Origin: Yuukianura sp. NJ FZ-2021
Taxonomy: Eukaryota
DNA: 64,000 nt
Direction of reading: 5' to 3'
NCBI GenBank assembly: GCA_046563655.1
Contig: CM102284.1
Location: 1,550,001 to 1,614,000 of the forward strand
Positions 35,501 to 47,500 of the stretch are shown piece by piece; position 1 is the first letter of the stretch; every line of letters begins with the position of its first letter. Below the pieces are notes generated by a model. The model had not been told where the DNA came from. It searched no databases and saw only the letters and a program-made list of their open reading frames with translations. The translations under genes were made by a program, and so were the position numbers.

Positions 35501-38500
35501 ATGGCAGGTAACTTTTTCAAATTTACTTCTATTTAAACTATTTGAAAATACGTTCGTTTGTTTGAAATCGTTTGCATTTTTCAAAATCAAATTTGTTTGC
35601 AGATCGCGAGTGTTGGGTGACATCAGCGACGGATGATAACGAAGCTTGGAAAGCTTTGGTGCTGGCAAGGTCAATTCGAAATTCGATGACAACGAGGACA
35701 ATCATAGTTGCAATTTCTGAACATGTTTCAAATGAAATGAGGTGAGGTTGAGTTTTCTTAAGTTTTAGAATTAATTAATTTCCAGCCAAACTTGAGTAAT
35801 GAGACAGTGTTAAAAAAGTACTTTTTATATAATTTTTTTTAATTTAAAAATTTTTAGGCTATATAATACTTTTTTTTATAACAATTGAATCTCAGAACGC
35901 TGTTACGCCGAGTATTTGAAAACGTTCTGCTCTACGAGTCCAGTGAGGTAGGAAACAAGCGACATCGGTTACTTTGGCTTTGGAACATCCAATATTGGAC
36001 CAAGTGTGTCTATGTCCACCCTATGTCTTACGTAAGGCAAAGCTAGGCCTTAAGCCTTAAGTGAACTTTTTTTTAGTGCATTTAGCTATTAAAACCGGTA
36101 ATATAACTGCAGTTTGCCCTTTGTACATATTTCATGTGCGTACAGATGCTCGAAAACGCGGACGAACTGTTTTCGTATCCACCATTCTCAACGAGAGTAG
36201 AATGTACTGCGGACGGTGGAATGAAGATTTCATCGAAGATCATAATTTTCAAACCAAATCTGCAGGATTTTGACCAACTTGTAGAACTGAGCGAGTCAAA
36301 TTTACAGGGTAAGACTCAGCTGTGTGCCAGGTCGTAAGGGCTACTACAATCAGGGCTACTGCAAAAGGAGCTAATTCAACATGAGCTACTTTCAGTAATG
36401 GCATGTGTTTAGCGTGGACAATTTTCCTTTCCTCCATTATTTTGCATTTACATTTTCAAAATTTTGAAAACTTTACTTCCAGCCCACTTACGAATGGGTT
36501 TGAAAAAGCTTTGCTACAAAAGCATAAGAGTGGAAAGATAATATTGTTTTGTGCAGCTATAGGCTTTGTGTACTTGTAGCCACTATCGCATGAGCTCCTT
36601 AGCAGTAGACTTGATTTTTTGTAGCCCTATTTGAGTAGCCGTTACTGGAGTAGCGGTTTTTGATGGTTCCATGTATTTTGGCCAAAAAGAGAAATAATCA
36701 AAGAGGAAAAGGTCAGAAAAAACGGCCAAAAGGAAAAAAAAGCTCTGTCATTTCACTTTTGGCCAATATTTTTTGGCCATTTCACCTGCTACGCTTTTTG
36801 ATTTAGCCCATATGACAAATTGAACCACTCAACTGCTTTTAGCATGAATAAATACGTTGTTGTGTTTGTTTTTGGTCACAGGCACTTTTGAGGATATTTT
36901 GGAAAGTAAATTTTCTGACGCACTGAGAGATCTTAAACATCAAGTTGTAGCGTCACATGCATCAAAGCTTTTTAAAATGGAAAACGGGACATGGTAAGTT
37001 TTAGTAAATACAAAACAGAGAAAAAGGGTTTAAACAGGGAGTTTGGGTTAAAAATTATTTATGGAATTCATAGAATTTAGGAAGTCCCGCCTCTTTCCAC
37101 CCCTGCCCCTGCAACAAATTTTGTTACGGTTACCGTAATTAGGTTAGGTTAGGTGCAAGTCAAATCTGTGAAGTCACTTTCCAAACGTTTGTCGTTTATG
37201 GAACTTATGAGTCGTGTTTCGAAAATTAAAATTCTGTAAATCCCAATCAAAGGATTTTAGTTTTTCTTAGACTACAAGGGAAATAAGCCTAATTGTTTTG
37301 AAACCAAAAATATCCCTAACCAAGGGAAAAAAGTGGCGCTTAAGCCAGCTTCACACCGAACGCAAAAAAGTTTAGATGATTGTTTGCGTTAAAATTAGCG
37401 GTTGGTGTGTGAACTGGGCTTTACATTGTGATGAAAATCGCTTTCGTCCTTGCAAGTCCCTGCAAAAATGGTTTCAAAAATTTTGTTGAAATCAAGCCTT
37501 ATTTCCCCTCTAGGCTAGACAAAAACGCAGAAAATTACCTTGACAGGTCTCTGATCCCAATAGTTTGAAAAGTGACGTCACTACCCGCCATAAATTGTAT
37601 ACTTCCCACAAATTCTATAAATTATAACGCAAACTCCCTCACATAAACTATGAAAATCAGGTATGGCAGCGTATCGCCCAAAAGTGCGTATGAGGAAGTG
37701 ATGCAAAACTGGATGACTACATTTGAAACAGAAGTTATTCCACAAGTTCTTCAACTGAAAGTAAACAATGTTTGCTTTTAAAGAGTTCAGTCTGCTTCTT
37801 CGAATAATTGTTAACATATGTTAAGCAATGAGCTTTTGTTTTTAGAATGACCGCACGAGAGAGCAGCTTTTGCATTCCGCAAGGAAACACTACTTCACAC
37901 CAACTGTAAATGGACATTCTAAAGTATCATATACTGAAACGAAAGACGCGCAAGATTTGGAAATGGGAATTGCAGTCGTGGGCATGAGTTGCAGATTTCC
38001 AGAAGTAAACGATGCAGATGAACTTTGGGAATTGCTCATGAGTGGCCGTGATCCGATTGGGCCGTTCCCACCCGATCGACCACGCCCACTAAATGACGAC
38101 ACGGAAAATTTTAAGGCGGGATTTTTGAAATGCGCAGTAGATGAATTTGACGCTAATTTTTTTGGAATTAGTCCTCGTGAGGCGCCGTTTATAGATCCTC
38201 AGCAACGTTTTCTCCTGGAAGTTGTCTGGGAGTGTCTGGAAAACGCAGCTATAAATCCAGTGGACTTACGCGGAACAAACACTGGTGTTTTCGTTGGGAT
38301 TACAGGACAAGATTACTTAAGTTTGTTTCCGAAGTACGGACTAGATGGAATTGATTACAATCATGTCTACGTGGGAAATGCCTTTAGTGCTACAGCAGCT
38401 CGCGTTTCACATTGCCTTGGACTTCGTGGACCCAATATTGCTGTCGAGTAAAGCAATTTCGTAAATATCTAATTGAACGTCAAACTAAAGAAGTATTTGA

Positions 38501-41500
38501 TTTAGGTCGGGCTGTTCAAGCAGTGCAAGTGCCGTGCATCTTGCATGTCAAAGCCTACAAAAAGGCGAATCAGAACTGGCAATTGTAGCGGGGGTGAACT
38601 TAATCCTTGATTGTTTAAGCCCTCTCGGGGGAGGAAGACTGTTGGACTCACTTGTGTTTGCAAAGGATTTCAAATGCAAGACCTTCGATGAAAGGTATTA
38701 AGTCGCACTTTTTAATTTTATATTTTGTGTATTTAAGATAGCTACTTGATGCATCGACTCTGTCTCTCTGTGTGGCTGTCTGACGGGCCGTTGGCAGTTA
38801 TTATCTCAATAACTAGTATAATATGTAATCTGTAAAGTAATACCTAGTGTTTACTATTCAATATCATCTCGGTGGGTCATCTTTTTCCGGATCAACCGTA
38901 AAGATCAGCCTGTTTTATCATGGGTAATATGAAAAATGGAATGTACAAAAGTTGTTTATCTTGCAAACAATTTATTAGTACACGCGACGTTAAGTGGCCG
39001 CTTTCCTAGTCAAAGGTCAACATTCTTTTTTGCATCATTTTTAACGTCTACTCATTATAGTCTACGATTATTTACCATTGTAAGCTGTTAGGACGCCAGT
39101 GCATCTTTCCCTACTTTTTTACACTCGGGTTTATCATTATTTGACTTTGTGTGTATTTTCAGTGCTGATGGTTACGTGCGAGCAGAAGGTTGTGCAGCAA
39201 TTGTGCTTCGACGGTTGGAAGGCACCACTCGTGCAAACGATAACGTCGTCGGTATTATCCGGGGAACTGCGTTAAATAATAATGGAGCCGAGGAAAGCTT
39301 TGGAGCTCCAAATTGTACTGCATTAGAACTAGCATTTCGAGAAGCATTGAACGGTGCAGGAGTTAAGCCTAGCAGCGTCAGCTTAGTCGAAACGCATGGA
39401 ACAGGAACCGCAGTTGGAGGTAAGTACTTCTGTGAACTTTACAAATTAAGGCAACCCAAATTTAAAATTAAATTTCTTGATTATTTTAGGTTACTAACAC
39501 AATTTTTGCCACTTATTGACTTGATTTTGTAGATCCCATAGAAATGAGTGCAGTGGAACATGTTTATTCTGAAGGCAGATCCGCTACTAACCCACTTCTT
39601 GTGACTTCGGTAAAAACAAACATAGGGCATTCCGAAGCCTGTGCTGGTTTAGCGGGACTAATCAAAGTTCTCCTCTGCTTCAAACACAAACAAGTTCCAC
39701 CGAATCGACATTTTCAAAAACTCAATCCCAAAATCAACCTACAAAAAATTCCGGCACTCATCCCCATAGAAACCACTGAATGGAAAGCCAAAACCCGAGT
39801 AGCCGCGGTTTGTTCGTACGGCATGAGTGGAACAAACGTCCACATAATCCTGCAAGAGCCACCGCTCAACAAAAATTTTACCGAATTCAAAGACCAGGCA
39901 CAAATGATTGGGATTTCTGCAAAATCAGAGGCGGCATTGGAAGCTTTGTGTCAAAAATACATTTCATATTTTGAAAAAAATCCGAAACTTGCGTTGGGCG
40001 ACATCGCATTAACTCTGAACACAGGAAGAGCAAATTTTCCTCACCGGATTGCCCTTGTAGCAAAAAACACGAAACAACTTATTGAAAAATTGAAGCAGAA
40101 AGCGTACATCAAAGGGAAAACGCTCGTGCAAAAACCGAAGCTGATTTTTCTGTTCACAGGTCAAGGGTCACAGTATTTTGGAATGGCCAAAACCATATAT
40201 CAACATTCTCCAGTGTTCCGAACAGCCCTTGAGCAATGTGAAACTCTGTTTAAGAAGCACTTGACATGTTCATTGAAGGAAGTTGTGTGGGGAGATGCTG
40301 CTTTATTGGAAAAAACCATTTACTGCCAGCCTGCAATATTTTCAGTTCAGTTTGCACTGGTTCAGTTATGGCACTCTTTTGGAATTTACCCTGACATCGT
40401 TCTTGGGCACAGCGTAGGTGAATTCTGCGCATCAGTTTGCGCAGGCGTCTTGTCATTGGAAGATGGAATGAAACTTGTTGCCGGCAGAAGCAAACTTTTG
40501 AATAGTATTGAAGGCGGGAAAATGATGGTAGTAAAAACGTCTCCGGAAAACCTGCGCAGCTTGATTCCAAAATTTCTCGAATCGAATTTTAATTCTTACA
40601 TTGACATTGCCGCTGAGAATTCGGATGAAGAAGTCGTCGTTTCAGGGACAGATACAAATATGTTAGAATTTGCAAGTTTTTGCGAGCAGCATGGACTGAA
40701 AGTCCAAATGATCTTGGCCTCTCATGCGTTTCACTCTCGTCAAATGGAATCAATATTACCAGACTACGAAATGGAAACAGCCACAATTCGACAGCAAAAA
40801 CTGAAATGTCGATACATATCTGGAACGTTAGCGCGGGAATTGAAACAAGAAGAATTTAATTCCTGTTATTGGTCGCAACACTTACGAAATACTGTGACAT
40901 TCCGTGACGCCATTGATGTCGCTTCTAACCTATTCGCCGAGGACAGAAAAGTTTTTGTCGAAATCGGAACCAAACCGACTCTGTTAAGCATGGCAATGGC
41001 AAATCTGCCCAACTCTACAAATGACGTATTTTGCCCTTCATTGCGCCCAAACGAAGATGATTTGGCTTCCGTCTTGAACTCTTTGTCGAAAATGTACGTG
41101 GCTGGAGTTGAGGTTTCATGGAAAAATTGGTGTTGTGACGAAAACACCAAATTGAATCTTCCAACATATCCATTTCAACGTCAAAAATTTTGGTTTCAAC
41201 GGGACCAGATTGACTTTGTAGAACTTCCACGTCAACTTGGTTCACACCCAACGCTAGGACGGCGTCTACCAACCGGCGGTTTGGAAATCATTTTTGATAA
41301 AATTTTATCTCCGAAGATACTACCATACGCCCAAGATTACTGCATTGCAGAAAGCGTAATTTTACTCGGAGCTGTGTACTGCGAAACCATTTTGGCCGCT
41401 GGTCGTCACGTACTGCAAAACAAAGACGCTCCTGTCCAATTCTCTGTGCAGAATTTTGTAATCGAGGCTCAACTGGAGTTGGACAAATCTGTCCACATGC

Positions 41501-44500
41501 AAACAATTGCTAAAGCAATTGAAGGCGGTGACAAGCTTGATGTCGCAATTCACAAACAGTGTCGTGAGGATTGTGACACTTGGAAGCGACTTGCAACGGG
41601 AATATTTACTCTAAATTGTTCGCAGCCCAATATCTCATGCCTTGACGTAAACTCGTTGCAGCAAAAGCTAGACGTAGTTGAGTCAATGACGAAGGTTTAC
41701 GATCAACTAGCTGCAGTCGGATACCAATTTGGACACACATTTAGGTCTATTTCTTCTGCCTGGGTTGGAGAACATACGCTTTTAGCAAGCATTGAAATTC
41801 CTCAAGATTGTGGCACTTACGTGTGTCATCCAATTGTTCTAGATGCGATGATTCAAACTGTTATTATCTATTCAACATTGAAAACACTACAAGGCAGTGA
41901 TAAACTTCAATTACTAACTCAAGTCAAAAAGTTCACTTGGTACTCAGAAGAATTGTCCCCTAAGGTTTTTGCTTACTTGACAAATTTTCAAGGATCGAAT
42001 CACGTGACCTTGGTGAATAACTTTGGGCGAACACTTGCATTGATGGAAGGAGTCGAATTTATTCAAATGTCCATTTCAACGTTTCTGGAAAAACTAAACC
42101 CGAAACCGCCTTCACTTAAATCCGGATTACATTTCGAAGAAGTATGGCGACCAAGAGATGGAGTCACACGTAATAGAGTTGACGTGCAAACTTTTAAAAT
42201 CAAGTCTTCCTGTTTTACAAAATCCACTCTCCAGTCCATTTCACAGATTGAAGACATAACATTGCAGAGCATTCAAATAATTGACAAATTATTTGTACTG
42301 TTCCTGCTTAAGGGAATCAGAGAATCTGCATGGCCGTGGCCAAAAGTGGGCCAAAAACTACTCATCTCTGATTGGGGCAATATCGCAACGGATCTGCAAG
42401 TTGTGAAATCCGGCAAAGTAATGGAAATACTCGAAGTGTTTTTATTTTTAAAAGAACTTGAGTACGGAAAGTACCAAGTGTTGCAAGAGCTGCCATCTTT
42501 GGAAGTACTGGAGAAACAAATTTTTGATGGATTTGAGCAGCATGCAAAACTGAACAATGGTAAAGAGACTGTGATTGAGCAATTTACACGACGGTGTGGC
42601 AAACATCTATCAAGTGTGCTACAGGGAAAACTAACGCCGGTTTCCTTCCTCTTTCCTGAAGATTCGTTGGAAGTTGGCGCTTTCAAATTTTATTCAGACG
42701 GTGAGCATCGAGAGTTAACAATCAATTAACTTAAATATTGCCATATTTAAACTTAAATTTGTAGAAACCTTTTTGGAACCTTTTTAGCTTATTTATGTCA
42801 GATATTTTAAAGTTCTTGAAACGGCTTTTTTGGATCTTTCTTTTCCGGCCTTTGCTAACAACTTGGAACGACATTACCGATATTTAATCTATCTTAAGAG
42901 ATCTATGCCTCGTGGTCTCTGTAGTTCATCATATGCTTTTCAGTTTAACTGGAAACGGAGAAATTCCGGGTCAAGGGTCAATATCAAATACTATTTCAAC
43001 TGAAATCGAGGAAAAGACAATACAAAATTTGCGGTTAGATTTCCGTTTCTGGGGTCATGAGACTTTTTTTAAGTGTTTTAATCAAAATTTTTGACTAAAA
43101 TAATTTTTTTTTCACTTTAATCATGTTTCAAACGTTGTTGGAACGTTGGAAGCAAAAAATATTTTTGACCGCAAGGTCCTATATTTTTAAGATTTTGGAC
43201 TCAAAAATTTTCCAAAAATTTTTCGAAAAAGTGCAGAAAGTAAAGGGGGCACCCCTGACAAGGTTACGTTAGCTTAAGTCTAAGATGTCTAAGATGACCT
43301 TTATAAAAGTTTTTTAGAATCATGAAGGGAGTTTGTCCTACGGAGTAGGACACCACAACCACTCCCCGAGGTCAAAGGTCAATTCAAGTAAAAATTTGGG
43401 AAATGTCCAGATACGTTTGAAACACGATAAAAAAAAAGTAAAAAAATAACAAACAAAAATTTCGGGTATTTTTGACCAAAAACTTGGAAAAAGGTTTCAT
43501 GACCCCAGAAAGAAAAATTTAACCCAAAAGTTGTGCTTCTCCTTGAGACAAACAACTTTATTTAGATGTCCTTGACCTTTTTAACCTAGTGCTTCTAATG
43601 TATGAATCGTAGTAGGTAATTTGGTCAAAAGTGAAAAGATCAAACATAAAAACGTCAAAATTGAAAAGGTCAAAAAGTGAAAATGTCAAAGTGAAATGGT
43701 CAAAGTATAAAAAGATCACAGAGTGAAAAGGTCAAAAAGTGAAAAGATCAAAATTGATGTAAATTCTAGTTTGAGTCTAAAGTCTAAATTGGTTTCATAT
43801 TTTTTTCTAATCCTCCCGCGCCGAAGGCGCGGCGTTAGGTTATTCGTTTGCATTATTCCCTTATGCAAATTGCGAAGGTTTATTGGCTTAGATAAAGCCA
43901 GTTTTAGGAATTCGAATTATTGACTGAAGTTGGTTTTGTCGGAGAAGCTTTTTTGAAAGATGGGCTTAACTTTAAGCGATTGTTTACATGGAAATGGAAA
44001 TAATTAACACCTTAAGGACGTGTGTTATGCTTCTAATAAACAGTAATCGTTAAATTTAGTAACCACGATAACCGAGCTTGTTTAGTCAGTAAAAGATGCA
44101 GACATCGACAAAAAGAAACGCCCTCATGGGTGGTGAAAAAGGATCAGTGCAAGTATGATCAAAAAAAGTATGTACTTTCAAACAAACAAAATACTGACTC
44201 AAAGTTCAGTTGCCGTCGTCTGGGTTTTGTCAACAACTTTTTTGAGAATGCGACATTGAAATTGAAAAATGGTCTGGATCAGCGTAGGAAGGTCGTACAA
44301 TGACCCACAATATATCAAACTTTAGGAAAAGACTTGATCTAGTATCATGACCGAGGAAATTACAAAATTTTAGTTCTATCTATGTAAAAATAGAGGTGGA
44401 ATGTTTGGGTCAATTTTTTTCACAGTTAGAAGTAACATTTTGTAATTTCCTCGGTCATGATACTAGATCAAGTCTTTTCCTAAAGTTTGATATATTGTGG

Positions 44501-47500
44501 GTCATTGTACGACCTTCCTACGCTGATCCACACCATTTTTCATTTCATGAGTTACAGTCGCATTTTGACCCCTAGTTTCCAGGGTATTCGCGAGCCTTAA
44601 ACTTAAGCTAGAATTTCCATCATTTTGACATTTTGATATTTTCACATTTTCATTTTGCGATCTTTTTATACTTTGGCAATTTCACTTTTGACCTTTTCCC
44701 TTTTGACGTTTTCATGTTTGATCTTTTCATTTTTGACCAAATTTTATGGAATCGTATGAATGCCAAATTGTCATATCGTCATCTACATTTTGCTACTTAC
44801 ATTCGGTGTTTATAACGGTTTATTTTAAATTCGTAGGTGAAGGATTCAAAGAAAATAGCATGCTGACAACATCTGTGCTTGTGGATTGTACTTGCGGTTC
44901 GTCTCGGCCGAATGGAGTTTTGAGAATTTTGGAAGTTGGCGCTGGTTCTGGCATTTCGTGCGGTTTGCTCCTTGACAAATTTGCTCAACTCAATGTGTCG
45001 GTCAAGTACACTTTAACCGACATTTCAACATACTTCCTAGACGAAGCCAAAAAGAAATTTACACAAGGCGTGAGCTTTGCCCAGTTTAATATTGAACAAG
45101 ACCCTCTGAGTCAGGGGTTTGCTCCAGAAGAATTTGATGTCATCATTGCTATCAATGTCGTCCATGCAACTGCCGATATTTCGCAAACTCTGAGGAATTT
45201 AAACCTGGTACTGCGACAAGGAGGTATGCTCTTACTGGGAGAAATGTTTGTTGATTTCACTTTCATCAACTTGTCATTTGGATTTCTGGACGGATGGTGG
45301 AGGTCAACGGATGCCCGAATCGGGTCACCACTGCTAACGCAAGATCAATGGAAAAGTGCTTTTGAAACAAATGGATTTGCACAAACTCATACGTTTTCAT
45401 GTTTTGACGGTACTTCTGGAGTTATAGCAGGAATCAAAGGCGTTGGACCATTTGAAATCAATCCACCGCCAATTGCTTATACAAGGGAAATACCTTGGCT
45501 AGTAGAAACCGACGGAACAATGTTGGCGTCAACAATTACAACAAAATTGACAGCCTTTGGGCGAAGTCCGATACAGTATGACAGAAAACAAAGTGTTCAA
45601 AATGGACTGGAGGGGGTACTTTTTTTCGTGACTGATGAGGTTAAAACTCAAGGAGCAATGCAAGAAGTTCTCGGTTTGGTGAAAAAACTAGACTCTGCAT
45701 ATCAAATGCACAAATTGAAACCAAAATTAATTTTTGTAACACGCGGAGTCAACTATTTGTCAGACGCTGGTCCAGGAAATCCAAATGCCGCTACGATAAC
45801 ATCTTTCATTCGTTCTTTTGCAAACGAACATACTGATTTTAAGATGATGCTCATTGACCTTGACCAAGATGAGATCAACTTTGAAAGAGAAGCAGAAGAG
45901 ATATTTGCCCTGTTGTGGTCACAAGAAAACGAAATGTTTCAAGCAATTCGACAAGATCATGTTTTTGTGCAAAGATTGGTCTGTGGTGACAATGTGAAAC
46001 ACACACTTTCATTTCCGAATTCAACTCGATTTTGTATAATGAAACCCGTTACTAAAAATTTGGACGACTTGGACATTTCCTTGGCTCCAAACATTCCACC
46101 AGTTGAAGATGAAGTGGAAGTAGCCGTGAGAGCAACGGGACTAAACTTCAAAGATCTCGTTCTCATTCTTCAACCAGACGGTTTTCTAGATCCATACAAC
46201 ACTCAGCCAGGTTTTGAAGTAGCTGGAGTAGTTTCGGCAACTGGACCATCTTGTACAAAATTTAAAATTGGCGACCCCGTTTATGGAGTTGTGCGCGGAA
46301 ATGGGCTGGGCTCACACGTGACTGTTTCTTCTCGCTATTTGATCCGAAAACCAGACCAAATTACGTTTACTTCTGCCGCATCCGTTCCAACTGCATTCAT
46401 TACCGCTTTGTACGGTCTCAAATATCTTGCTAATCTGAGTGACAAAGAGCGAGTTCTTATTCATACTGCCACTGGAGGTGTTGGACTCGCAGCGATTCAA
46501 GTTGCCAAGCATCTTAATGCTGAAGTCTTCGCAACTGCAGGCAGCCGAAGAGAGAAAGCTTACCTTAAATCTATTGGAGTTCAGTACGTGTACTCCTCGA
46601 AAACAACTGATTTTGGACACGAAATCTTGAAAGACACAAACGGACAAGGAGTTGACGTTGTCCTTAACTCACTCACTGCTCCCGGTTTTAAAGAAGCTTC
46701 TCTCCAAGCGTGTGCTCAAAATGGACGATTTATTGAAATTGGAAAAGTTAATACTTGGCGTGAGGTAGAAGTAAAGCGATTACGTTCCGATGTGAAATAT
46801 TATATTCCCATGTTAGGGTGGACTACTGAAGAGGGGAAGGAAAACATGTCTCAAATCATGGGGGAAATTGGGAACGCGTTGGAAACTGGCCAATTTAAAA
46901 CTCTTCCGCATCAAGCATTCTCCGTCGATAGAATTCGGGAAGCTTACTTATTTTTCCAACAAGCTAAGCATATTGGGAAAATTGTAATAACAATTCCAGA
47001 AGCAAAAGTTAGCCCATCAGGGAAAATCGAATTCGAGCAGCAACTTTTTAATCATGAAAGTACATATCTTATCACTGGTGGATTAGGTGGAATCGGCATA
47101 GAAGTTGCCAAGTGGATGAAACAAAGGGGGGCCACCAACCTTGTGCTTGTTGGACGCAACAAACCATCCATAGCAGCCGAAGATGTTTTGAAGATGCTGA
47201 ACAAAGGTGGATGCCGAACTTTGGCGGTTCAAGCAAACGTGGGAATTTACGAAGAAGTTAAATCTCTGCTTAAATCTTTAAATGATTTGAAATTCCCACC
47301 ACTTCGAGGAATTATGCATGCGGCAGGAGTGCTCTCTGACGGAGCGATTGTGAACCAGTCTTGGGAAAAGTTTGAAAAAGTTTTCCAACCAAAAGTTAAC
47401 GGGACTTGGAACTTGCACAATTTAACGCTAGGTTACGACATGGAATTCTTCATTTTGTTTTCCAGCATGGTCTCAAATTTTGGATCACCAGGCCTGAGCA

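Noticed and set aside
37514-37568. Possible extra exon (LDKNAENYLDR...) in the glycogenin-like region
   Set aside because: Its acceptor lies within the terminal repeat of a MITE-like element and it runs into a TGA unless a weak donor is used. Not needed for the frame, so left out of the model.
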